Assembly: GCA_025355465.1 (NCBI GenBank)
Contig: JANXZO010000058.1
Coordinates: 6,164-70,163, forward strand
From: Bacteroidales bacterium
Lineage (GTDB): Bacteria; Bacteroidota; Bacteroidia; Bacteroidales; FEN-979
Direction: 5' to 3'
DNA length: 64,000 nucleotides
In this document: positions 47,570-56,967 of the stretch, piece by piece
Layout: each line of letters starts with the position of its first letter
Numbering within the stretch: the first letter of the stretch is position 1
The notes under the pieces: generated by a model
Told to the model about the DNA's origin: nothing
Seen by the model: the letters and a program-made list of their open reading frames with translations, nothing else
Database searches by the model: none
Made by a program: the position numbers and the translations under genes

Positions 47570-47653
47570 GATCGCGGATTTGAATACGAATATAGGTCAA
47601 GTTTTTACATGAACCATAAAACGTTCGGAAAATAGCTTTGGCGAAACAGGGAA

Positions 47654-47986
47654 ATGGTGAAAATATTCCTATCTTCGTCAACCAATCCATTCACCGTGCC
47701 CAATTTTTCAACCATCCGCCGGACTATCCGCTATGCCGGCACACTCCTTTTCGTGGCCATGAACCTCTTTCCTCCGTGGAGTGCAGCCATCGACCCGCCG
47801 AAGTATATGGAGAAGATCCCTCTCGGGTGCCATTTTATTGCCTATCCGCCGCAGAGTCCGTTTGGGTACCAGTCGTATATTGTGATCGACTTCCCACGGC
47901 TCATCCTTGAGTGGGTGGTGTTTTTCGCCATCATGCTGGTCATTTATTATGCCGCGGAACCGGTGATAAAGCGGTTTCAGAAGTAA
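47654..47986 (+). CDS. Hypothetical small membrane protein
   Basis: 110-aa ORF with two hydrophobic segments (AGTLLFVAMNLFPPW, WVVFFAIMLVIYY). No recognised domain, and the start is uncertain. Confidence 0.35.
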   Translation: MVKIFLSSSTNPFTVPNFSTIRRTIRYAGTLLFVAMNLFPPWSAAIDPPKYMEKIPLGCHFIAYPPQSPFGYQSYIVIDFPRLILEWVVFFAIMLVIYYAAEPVIKRFQK

Positions 47987-47995
47987 TCCCGGGCA

Positions 47996-48247
47996 CTATC
48001 CAGCGGGCACTTCCGGCTCCTCCTCCTCCCTGTTTTTCGCCTTTCTTGCCTGGTACAACTTCTTGCCGCCGTACAATGCACCCATGGCCAAAAGAATACC
48101 AAGTCCGCCATCGATGGGGGCGCCTACGGGGGGACCACCCGTTCCTGAATTGCCTGTTGCTCCTCCCAAGGGAGGCGGTGGTGGATCGGCAGACCCGTTA
48201 AACGCAAAGAATCCAATGAACGCAAGTGATAACAGTATTTTTTTCAT
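47996..48247 (-). CDS. Small secreted Pro/Gly-rich protein with a PEP-CTERM-like (PID..TM..basic) C-terminal signal
   Basis: 83 aa. Signal peptide MKKILLSLAFIGFFAFNGSA, then a low-complexity region DPPPPPLGGATGNSGTGGPPVGA, then PIDGG-LGILLAMGALYGG-KKLYQARKAKNR, then an acidic tail. Confidence 0.6.
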   Translation of the reverse strand: MKKILLSLAFIGFFAFNGSADPPPPPLGGATGNSGTGGPPVGAPIDGGLGILLAMGALYGGKKLYQARKAKNREEEEPEVPAG

Positions 48248-48274
48248 ATCCGTTGGTATTTTTTTTGAGATCGC

Positions 48275-49729
48275 TTAGTTGACAAACACTTTTCGTGATT
48301 TTACCCCATTCTCCGTCACCAGGGAGACCAGGTAGGTCCCGGTGGTTCCATTCACAGGAATGGTCATGATTCCGGGCGATTGAAGTTGTTGCCGGAAGAT
48401 ACATTGGCCAATGATGTTATAAACGGAAACCGTACCATTCAGGGCGACGGGGGTTTTGAGGTAGATGATTTTATCCTTAGCATATGTGGACACACCTGCC
48501 AGTTCATTCTCTTCAATTCCCACGGTGGAGAATAAAAGATTGAACCTGTTGCTGAACTCACCTTTTGTCGATTGAAAAGTGTAAACAGGATTTTGCCTCA
48601 GGTTGATCTTCGCTCCGGTAACCTTATCTTCCAGGAAGATGGGTGTGTTAAAAGGGAACGATTCCATTCCTTCAGCGGTAAAGGTATACCCCGCATCCGC
48701 CCCTGCTTTGAATCCCAGCGGGATCACCGGCGACTCCTGCGGGGAGGTTCGTGCATCGATAGATAAAATGGGGTTGCCTGCTGTGAAAAGTTCCGGGGCG
48801 GTTGCATCTCCGCGAAGCTTGTACGCATCATAATCCGGATCAAATCCGGCAGTCGCCCTGGAATCGAAATAGACAAACAACTTGTCAGAGTAAGTATTTG
48901 CATCGGTGGTTACTGCCAATGTGAGCAGGTTGCTCAACTGCGTGGATTTATAATACAATAATGAGGCGCTGTGAACCCTTGCGGCATTGGTAAACGTCAA
49001 CGTGGGTGAACTGGTTACCTGCACAAAAAATCCTTGTCCGCTGGGAATTATTCCTCCAGTAAGACCGCCGGGTCCATCTACATATGATTTCCAGTTGGCT
49101 GTAGCAGCATTCCAGACATACACAGAGGCTAATAATCCTGATTTTGTCAACGCATCCCAGCTGATGGCCGAGGGATAGGGATTTCCTACCATATTCCATC
49201 CATCTCCTCCGGGATTTGCAGTTTGAGTCAAAGATGAACCTATTGCAAGGTCTCCTGTTCCAAGTGTCCCGGTAAAGTTGGCCGTTGTGGAACTGATACC
49301 GCTCAGGAACACCGTGTAACCCTTTCCCTGCGTAATGGATTCTGAATAAATATGGTTTGTGTAGGTGTTTGTGGCTTCGGTATAATCACGAACCCAGATG
49401 TTGCTCTGGTTTGTCGGGAAAACGGTTCCAAGGTCTACGGATACAACCGATGGCGAAAAAATATGATATTCTGCGTCCCCGCTGAGGTATCGCTCTACTG
49501 TTTGAGTTCCGCCAAATGTCACATTCGCACCTGTCGCATTCTGGTCGAGGAATGAGCCTGTTCCGTTAACATCCGATTTTACCGTGATGCCTGCCGTTCC
49601 GGTGGCCGTGAGTTTCGCCCCATTCTGAACTGTGATCATTCCACCGGGTTGGATGGTGATGCCTTGACCGAAAAAAAGTTGGGGACTACCAATTATGGCT
49701 AAAATTGTAATTAACGTTTTTATTTTCAT
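48275..49729 (-). CDS. T9SS C-terminal-target-domain protein (function unknown)
   Basis: 484 aa with a signal peptide (MKIKTLITILAIIGSPQLFFGQ) and a Por-type tail (VSVYNIIGQCIFRQQL..GTYLVSLVTENGVKSRKVFVN). Confidence 0.8.
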   Translation of the reverse strand: MKIKTLITILAIIGSPQLFFGQGITIQPGGMITVQNGAKLTATGTAGITVKSDVNGTGSFLDQNATGANVTFGGTQTVERYLSGDAEYHIFSPSVVSVDLGTVFPTNQSNIWVRDYTEATNTYTNHIYSESITQGKGYTVFLSGISSTTANFTGTLGTGDLAIGSSLTQTANPGGDGWNMVGNPYPSAISWDALTKSGLLASVYVWNAATANWKSYVDGPGGLTGGIIPSGQGFFVQVTSSPTLTFTNAARVHSASLLYYKSTQLSNLLTLAVTTDANTYSDKLFVYFDSRATAGFDPDYDAYKLRGDATAPELFTAGNPILSIDARTSPQESPVIPLGFKAGADAGYTFTAEGMESFPFNTPIFLEDKVTGAKINLRQNPVYTFQSTKGEFSNRFNLLFSTVGIEENELAGVSTYAKDKIIYLKTPVALNGTVSVYNIIGQCIFRQQLQSPGIMTIPVNGTTGTYLVSLVTENGVKSRKVFVN

Positions 49730-49803
49730 GGTAAATGTTTTTTCATGGGTGATAGATTCGATTTACTCCCATTGCTGATCCGCAAATTAATTTCATAAGG
49801 AAG

Positions 49804-50460
49804 TTATTTCGTGGTAATATTTCGACTTCCTACAGTATTAATTTCGTAGTGAATATCAAAAGCCAGTAAAAAACAATCCTCTGTATTTGGATCAGCATCT
49901 CCTGATCTGTAAAGTCGGACCATTAGAATGCTGGATATTTTTTTATCAGCTTCCGTAATACCGGTTGCTCCAATATTAGTTATTTGCTGTTGCCCGGTAA
50001 CCCCGCATGCAGCAACACTGGTCGAGATCGTTGACACTGTTCCGGCAAATGTTTCATTTATATTCTTCCATTCATAGTCCATGGCCCAAGTAACGTTAGA
50101 TGTACTTGTGCCATTTGGGGCCCAATGAACGTGAGGATAAATGGTCGTCCCTTCTTTCCAGGAGTGGGGCATCTGAATTTCAAAGTAGACATTATTAATA
50201 TTAACTCCGGAAAACTTATAAGCATACAAGGTTCCTTGCATTTGAGAATAGGTGGGATTGGTTCCACCTGACCCTCTAGTGATTAGTGCCACTCTTACAT
50301 CCTCCCAAACAGTTGAACTACCATTAAACTCAAGCGATCCATCCGCTTCTATCTTTGAGTAATTCGTCCCCGGTGTTCCGATTTGAACGTCCTGTGCATT
50401 GAGCAGGTTCCCAATTCCAAAAAGTGCCAGAGTAAACAGAGCAAGAGTAAATTTTTTCAT
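49804..50460 (-). CDS. Secreted hypothetical protein
   Basis: The likely start is MKKFTLALFTLALFGIGNLLNAQ at 50460. About 218 aa and beta-rich, in an AT-rich gene, with no recognised domain. Confidence 0.6.
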   Translation of the reverse strand: MKKFTLALFTLALFGIGNLLNAQDVQIGTPGTNYSKIEADGSLEFNGSSTVWEDVRVALITRGSGGTNPTYSQMQGTLYAYKFSGVNINNVYFEIQMPHSWKEGTTIYPHVHWAPNGTSTSNVTWAMDYEWKNINETFAGTVSTISTSVAACGVTGQQQITNIGATGITEADKKISSILMVRLYRSGDADPNTEDCFLLAFDIHYEINTVGSRNITTK

Positions 50461-50629
50461 AAACAGCAGTTTTAAGTGAGACATTATTGTAATTGTTATT
50501 TTTCTAACACTCAAAGATAATCGGAAATACCCCTGTTGTCAAGATATCTAATAAATTTCCATATAACCGATTCCAAATTTATAATTGATATGAATAAGTT
50601 ATCCTTTTGCTAAGGCGCATAGATCAGAT

Positions 50630-50698
50630 GCAAAATGGCAAAATGGCAAAATGTAAAATAATTATTTTGCCATTTTAGATCTTACCATTTTACCATTT
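50630..50698. repeat. Word array (GCAAAATG units) with a perfect 12-bp hairpin and the left 35-bp inverted repeat
   Basis: The sequence is gcaaaatggcaaaatggcaaaatgtaaaataattattttgccattttagatcttaccattttaccattt. The stem AAATGGCAAAAT (50641-50652) pairs with ATTTTGCCATTT (50664-50675). IR-L spans 50664-50698. Confidence 0.9.
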
Positions 50699-50732
50699 GT
50701 TAACTTTACGTAAACTTATAAATCTTCCAGAC

Positions 50733-51845
50733 ATGGTCAGTTTCGTACGTTCAATGTTTATCTTGCTATCGGTGTGTAGTTTCTTCTGCACCAGTTGTAA
50801 AAGCAACGCTACCGGAGAATTGTCGCCCCCTGAAAAGCTGGAGGTATTCAAGGTTGATGCGCCATTTCGGACGGATAAATACCTCCGCATGGGGTATACG
50901 ATCAGGAGCTGGGAGTTTGCCAAAGACGGGCTGGTCCTGCAGCAGATCCTGGTGATCGACAATACCACCAAAGGGGTTCTGATGACGCTCAACAAAGACG
51001 GTCTGCCCAGGATTCATAAAAGTCCGCTGCCGGCCAACCCATGGTTCCCAAACGACGTTCTTTCGTACTACTACCTCTCCATTCAACTGCCGATCCCGCT
51101 TGGAACAGCTCCACCCGCATCGGTAACCCACCGGTTTGTGTTCCAGGATACGGTGCGGAACCAGCCGGTAACGGTGGATGGCGCCACATTTGCGGGCAAC
51201 ACGACCGGCCAGCCACTGATCATCGCCTCCCCGGTGAAGGGTTCAAATTGGGTCTTTATCAACCAATCGACGCTCGGATACCATTTCAATACCATGTTCT
51301 TTGTGGGCGGCAAAATCGGCACCGGCGAGCGGTATGCCTTTGACAACCTTCAGGTAGATGAGAAGGGTGAGTCATTTTCCGGGGACCCGAAGGTGAATGA
51401 ATCTTACTACAATTACAAGGACACGCTGTATGCCGTGGCGGATGGAACAGTAAAGCTGCTCGTGGACGGACATCCGGAGAACAACGGAAATGCGCACAAC
51501 ATCACCTTCATAACCGCCAACGACCTGGCCGGAAACTATCTCGTATTGGATATGGGAAATGGCAGGTATGCATTTTACTGCCATTGCGTTCCCGGTTCTT
51601 TCATGACACAGGTCGGAAAGGTGGTGCACGAAGGTGACCCCATTGCCCTGCTGGGTAATTCAGGAAACTCCGACTGTCCGCACCTCCATTTTCAGATCAC
51701 CGATTCGGAGGAGCTTTTCATGACCAACGGACAACCTTTCGTGCTGAAAAAATACACCAAGACCGCCGAATTCCCGACACCGGTCACACCTACCGTCATT
51801 ACCAACGCCATGATGGAGGGCAATGTGGTGATGAGCTTCGAATGA
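50733..51845 (+). CDS. M23-family metallopeptidase lipoprotein
   Basis: Starts at MVSFVRSMFILLSVCSFFCTSC (ATG at 50733). The C-terminal LytM/M23 motifs are GDPIALLGNSGNSDCPHLHFQI. Confidence 0.82.
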   Translation: MVSFVRSMFILLSVCSFFCTSCKSNATGELSPPEKLEVFKVDAPFRTDKYLRMGYTIRSWEFAKDGLVLQQILVIDNTTKGVLMTLNKDGLPRIHKSPLPANPWFPNDVLSYYYLSIQLPIPLGTAPPASVTHRFVFQDTVRNQPVTVDGATFAGNTTGQPLIIASPVKGSNWVFINQSTLGYHFNTMFFVGGKIGTGERYAFDNLQVDEKGESFSGDPKVNESYYNYKDTLYAVADGTVKLLVDGHPENNGNAHNITFITANDLAGNYLVLDMGNGRYAFYCHCVPGSFMTQVGKVVHEGDPIALLGNSGNSDCPHLHFQITDSEELFMTNGQPFVLKKYTKTAEFPTPVTPTVITNAMMEGNVVMSFE

Positions 51846-51905
51846 AATGGTAAAATGGCAAGATCTAAAATGGTAAAATCGTACTTTTGCCATTTCGTTA
51901 TTTCG
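51845..51905. repeat. Word array containing the right 35-bp inverted repeat (IR-R 51845-51879)
   Basis: aaatggtaaaatggcaagatctaaaatggtaaaat is the reverse complement of IR-L, with 2 mismatches in 35. It starts at the last base of the M23 stop codon. Confidence 0.9.
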
Positions 51906-52335
51906 CTTTTTCGCCAATTTTAAACCCTATCTTTTTTCTATTTTTCAAGGAAGCTTCTTGTTGTTGGAAAGATTTTAAGTAATCCAGAATAAGCATTATT
52001 TTCTTCTCCTGTGCATTATCGTTATTCTCCAGCGCTATTATCCGTTCCAAAATCTCCTGATGGGTTTCAAGAAATTTTCTCACTTTAGTAAAAACCCTTA
52101 TGATTCGGATATTCATCTGGATTGCCAAATCACTGTTCAAAACGCTGCTTAACATGGCAACTCCCTGCTCAGAAAAAGCCAGTGGTTTCTTTCGCAGACC
52201 CTTGTTCAGCAAATTGGAAGTCACAAATTGTGACTTCCAATTTGCCAGTTCTTCAGAACTTAACTGAAACATAAAATCCTCGGGGAATCGTTTAATATTT
52301 CTCCTTACAGCTTGATTCAACACTTTAGTTTCCAC
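51898..52335 (-). pseudogene. 5'-truncated ORF6N/KilA-N-type DNA-binding gene
   Basis: The ORF reads ..(FYNDLASLYH)VETKVLNQAVRRNIKRFPEDFMFQLSSEE..LAFSEQGVAMLSSVL, which is an ORF6N domain. The usual N-terminal ~25 aa (..IRG.KVMLD.DLA..) are absent, and an in-frame TGA lies just upstream. Confidence 0.6.
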
Positions 52336-52464
52336 GTGATAGAGTGAAGCCAGATCATTGTAAAAAGTAAACTCATTTCAATGGAAAGTTTTTAACAATA
52401 TTATACCAGATGCCAAAACTCAAACCCCAACGACGGCTCGTTCTATTTCAAAATAACCCGCGAC

Positions 52465-52571
52465 ATGGAGGGCAATGTGGTGATGAGCTTCGAATGAAAT
52501 GGTAAAATCGTAAGATCTAAAAAGGTAAAATCGTATTTTTGCCATTTCGCTATTTTGCGATTTTACCATTT
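52465..52571. repeat. Second copy of the M23 3' end plus word array (direct repeat of 51813-51898), extended by further words
   Basis: atggagggcaatgtggtgatgagcttcgaatgaaatggtaaaatcgtaagatctaaaaaggtaaaatcgtatttttgccatttcgc differs from 51813-51898 by about 5 mismatches. It is followed by tattttgcgattttaccattt. Confidence 0.9.
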
Positions 52572-52577
52572 AATTAA

Positions 52578-54194
<1,617 letters not shown>

Positions 54195-54264
54195 GTCACT
54201 TTTGGAGGAAATTTGGAGGATTGAAGGTAAATTTGCAGACAAATAATATAAAACCATCTGCAAC

Positions 54265-54905
54265 GTGAGAACAAACCGATACATTATCTTTCTGACGATC
54301 CTGATAACAGTAGTGCAGTTCACCTCCAATGCCCAGAACGGTCCGCCCTGGGTGAAGTACAATGTTGGCTACAACTACATCCTCCGCGGGATTGATTTTC
54401 CTTCCAACCAGAACAACATCGGCTTCACTGCCGGGGAGTCGCTGACCTCAATAACGGATTCATTGCCGGGTGGCCAAAGCTTTCCGGCGGCTGGAGCGGG
54501 TTCGATAAAACCACCGATGGCGGAACAACGTGGACCATTGCTACCGGCATCACCAACCCACCGATGCATGGCTGTTATGTTTCCGGCAACACCTATTATA
54601 TGACTGATAACGGAGGAAATATCCGGAAATCGACCAACAACGGGATTGCCTGCGGCGATTACGGATTGGTCTGCAGAACCTGCAATGGCGCCTTCACCCT
54701 GAACGGTAAAACGGAAAGCGAAACTCAGCTCTGTCTGAAGGTTTTTAACCCACTTGGAAAGCAAATCTATTCCCTTGATAAGATACAGGTCAACGGAACC
54801 TATTCGCAGCAAATCGATCTGGGCGCAGTTGCTCCGGGATTATACAGCGTGGTTGTGAACATCGGACCCGAAAGGAGCGTTCAAAAGGTTGTGATAACCC
54901 GATAA
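54265..54905 (+). pseudogene. Remnant of a BNR-repeat T9SS cargo gene (frameshifted)
   Basis: ORF 54265..54603 begins with a signal (MRTNRYIIFLTILITVVQFTSNAQ) and a sensible region up to ..IGFTAGESLT. A second frame then reads ..GWSGFDKTTDGGTTWTIATG.., and ORF 54564..54905 ends in a Por tail (LKVFNPLGKQIYSLD..GLYSVVVNIGPERSVQKVVITR). Confidence 0.6.
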
Positions 54906-54924
54906 TTCTTTCAAATGAAAAATT

Positions 54925-54967
54925 GTAAAATGGCAAAATCGTAAAATCGTAATTTGTTTACCATTTG
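54925..54967. repeat. Word array (GTAAAATGG / CAAAATCGT / AAAATCGT ... TACCATTTG)
   Basis: gtaaaatggcaaaatcgtaaaatcgtaatttgtttaccatttg lies between the T9SS remnant stop (54905) and the KP-rich gene stop (54970). Confidence 0.85.
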
Positions 54968-54969
54968 AT

Positions 54970-55203
54970 TTAAGGCCACGGCGGGGCGGGTGGTCCTTTG
55001 GGTTTGTGGGGTTTGGGCGGCTTTTCCGGTTTGGGAGCCTTGGGTTTTGGAGCCTTTGCCGGCTTAGGTGGCTTTTTGGGCTTGGGTGGCTTTCCTGGTT
55101 TCTGGATCTCGGTGTTTATGGAAGTGTTGCCGGAAGCAGTCTGTGTTGCCGGAAAACTACTTACTAAAATCGCGAACGCCAATCCGCAGATCAGTTTTTT
55201 CAT
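54970..55203 (-). CDS. Small secreted Lys/Pro-repeat protein
   Basis: 77 aa with the signal MKKLICGLAFAILVSSFPA, followed by KPGKPPKPKKPPKPAKAPKPKAPKPEKPPKPHKPKGPPAPPWP. Confidence 0.55.
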   Translation of the reverse strand: MKKLICGLAFAILVSSFPATQTASGNTSINTEIQKPGKPPKPKKPPKPAKAPKPKAPKPEKPPKPHKPKGPPAPPWP

Positions 55204-55234
55204 ATCCCTGTTGTTTTTACAAAGGTAGTCAAAT

Positions 55235-55603
55235 TCATTTCACCCACGCCTGGGCCTCCTTCAGGGTGTTGAAAATTTTGGTTTTCCAACCCATCGCATT
55301 CAACTCGGAAAAATAGTGAACCACAATCGGGATGAAATTCTCATCGGTGGTAACCACGGCGATTTTCATCGGATGGTTATTCCAACGCGACGAAGTGCGG
55401 TCGAGGGTACCAATCACCTTTGCATCTCTGACGGTGATACGGTTGTCGGTAACTGCGGAATAGTCAGAGATCTGGTACCTGATGTGTTCAAACCGCCGGT
55501 CGCCATACATGATGTCGTTAAAGGTCTTCACCTCTTCATCAGTCACGGTATCTGAATGGGAAAACAGGGTGCCGTGTTCAAACCATTTTATCTTACATGC
55601 CAT
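55235..55603 (-). CDS. Hypothetical cytoplasmic protein
   Basis: 122-aa intact ORF (MACKIKWFEHGTLFSHSDTVTDEEV..). No domain recognised with confidence. Confidence 0.5.
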   Translation of the reverse strand: MACKIKWFEHGTLFSHSDTVTDEEVKTFNDIMYGDRRFEHIRYQISDYSAVTDNRITVRDAKVIGTLDRTSSRWNNHPMKIAVVTTDENFIPIVVHYFSELNAMGWKTKIFNTLKEAQAWVK

Positions 55604-55615
55604 TGGAGCTGATAT

Positions 55616-56167
55616 TTAGCGTACAACAAGTTTTTGCAGCCTACCGTAATTTCCGTCACCGGCAACCAGCATGCTGTAGGTATTCTGTACCATGAGATAG
55701 TCGCCACCCACCTCCACCACCATCACCTCTTTACCATACCGCGACACCATATCGTTCATGTTGTTTGCCAGGTCGTTGATGGTCGTTTTGTAATCGGAAC
55801 CCAGCCAAAAGGGATAGTAAGACAAACCGATGATGTCGTACCGCATTCCCATCTGCTTTGCCCTCAGCGCCATCGTCACCACCTCCTTTTTGCTGCAATG
55901 ACCGTTGATCTTATCGCTGCCGGGATTCACAAATACACGCAACCTCACTGTGTTGATGCCGTGATCCTGAAGGATTTGCAAACATCCGGACTGAACCCCG
56001 GTAGTGTCGTAAAATTTATACCCCGTAGCCTCCATCTGCTCGAGCCACCCGATGTCGGCGCCACGAACAAACTGCGCCCTGACCGGCAACGCGATACCCA
56101 GTGCGAAAGCCAAACCACAAACCACCAGAGCGTGGCGAACTCCGAAAGAACATTGACACCCAAACAT
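55616..56167 (-). pseudogene. GH53 (arabinogalactan endo-beta-1,4-galactanase)-like gene with a large internal deletion
   Basis: The sequence FVRGADIGWLEQMEATGYKFYD..ILQDHGINTVRLRVFVNP..AKQMGMRY runs directly into DIIGLSYYPFWLGS..VVEVG. The central barrel segment expected between these motifs is missing. Confidence 0.45.
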
Positions 56168-56228
56168 ATCCGGAAGTTTATAAGTTACTCGAGTCCGTAA
56201 AGTTACATTTTTTCGAATAGCCTACTCA

Positions 56229-56259
56229 CCATTTTACCATTTTACCATTTCGCCATTTT
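56229..56259. repeat. Octamer word array (CCATTTTA CCATTTTA CCATTTCG CCATTTT)
   Basis: ccattttaccattttaccatttcgccatttt overlaps the terminal codons of the decayed Por tail. Confidence 0.9.
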
Positions 56260-56767
56260 CAGAAAGGCAATCCCTCCCGGATGAGTAATTTTTACGATGT
56301 ACAATCCTGACATCAAAGTTTAGCCATCGGCAGTTTTCCCATCCCAGTCGAGTTGATTTGATCCCTGTGTGAGGTTCACATGGGGAATCTCCCGCAGCGG
56401 ATGGCCCTGCAGATCTCAAATCACGATATCAGCATTTCCGGGCCGGATTGCATGGATGGTGAAAATGCATTTTTCGCCGAAAGGATTCGGATAGACATTT
56501 GTCTTCGCTGTCGGCTGCTCCATCGGGGGGCCTCCGGTGACAAATGAATTCAGGATAAATTCCGCCTCTTTCTGATCTGATGGGGGGGGGTCCGTTAAAC
56601 AGATGAAAATTGATGCGCAGGTTTTCTGCTCCCGGAATGGGAACCTGACCCGGATAATTGTAGGTCCACGTGTGGGAAGCATCACCCCAGGCGCTTTTGA
56701 AGGCAACGGAATCGGGCGTCCAGTCGAGTATGACATCTACTTTGTAAATGTACTCTTTAAGTTTCAT
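56242..56767 (-). pseudogene. Concanavalin/GH16-like jelly-roll fragment plus Por C-terminal tail, with a frameshift and two in-frame stops
   Basis: MKLKEYIYKVDVILDWTPDSVAFKSAWGD..ENLRINFHLFNGPPP is followed, after a frame change at the C9 tract, by SDQKEAEFILNSFVTGG..VYPNPFGEKCIFTIHAIRPGNADIVI*DLQGHPL..DWDGKTADG*TLMSGLYIVKI..*. The in-frame stops are TGA at 56416-56418 and TAA at 56320-56322. Confidence 0.55.
56582..56590. other. G9 (C9 on the coding strand) homopolymer coinciding with a frameshift
   Basis: The two overlapping minus-strand ORFs (56429..56767 and 56416..56736) exchange sense reading exactly at this tract (..HLFNG-PPP-SDQKEAEF..). Confidence 0.85.
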
Positions 56768-56967
56768 ATCTCCGTTTTCCTCGACTTATTCAATTCCACT
56801 AATTTCCTGATCTTTTCCTTGAATTTTTCATCCTCCTTGATGCCGAGGCCGACCAGCAGCTTGTCATGGAGATTTATCCATTGTTCGGGGCGGGCGACTG
56901 GGTGGATGATGTCAGGATTGCCGGAATTTGTTTTACTTTTACAGCATCCCGGTAAAATAAAAAACCC

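Noticed and set aside
47638-47910. An alternative plus-strand ORF (90 aa) overlapping the 110-aa ORF at 47654-47986.
   Set aside because: It is a different frame of the same DNA, and its Pro/His/Arg-rich sequence has no hydrophobic pattern. The 110-aa frame, with two TM-like segments, is the more plausible, though still weak.
51898-52335. The ORF6N/KilA-N gene as evidence of a prophage.
   Set aside because: It is a single, 5'-truncated gene with no capsid, terminase, integrase or other phage genes nearby. I report it only as a remnant.
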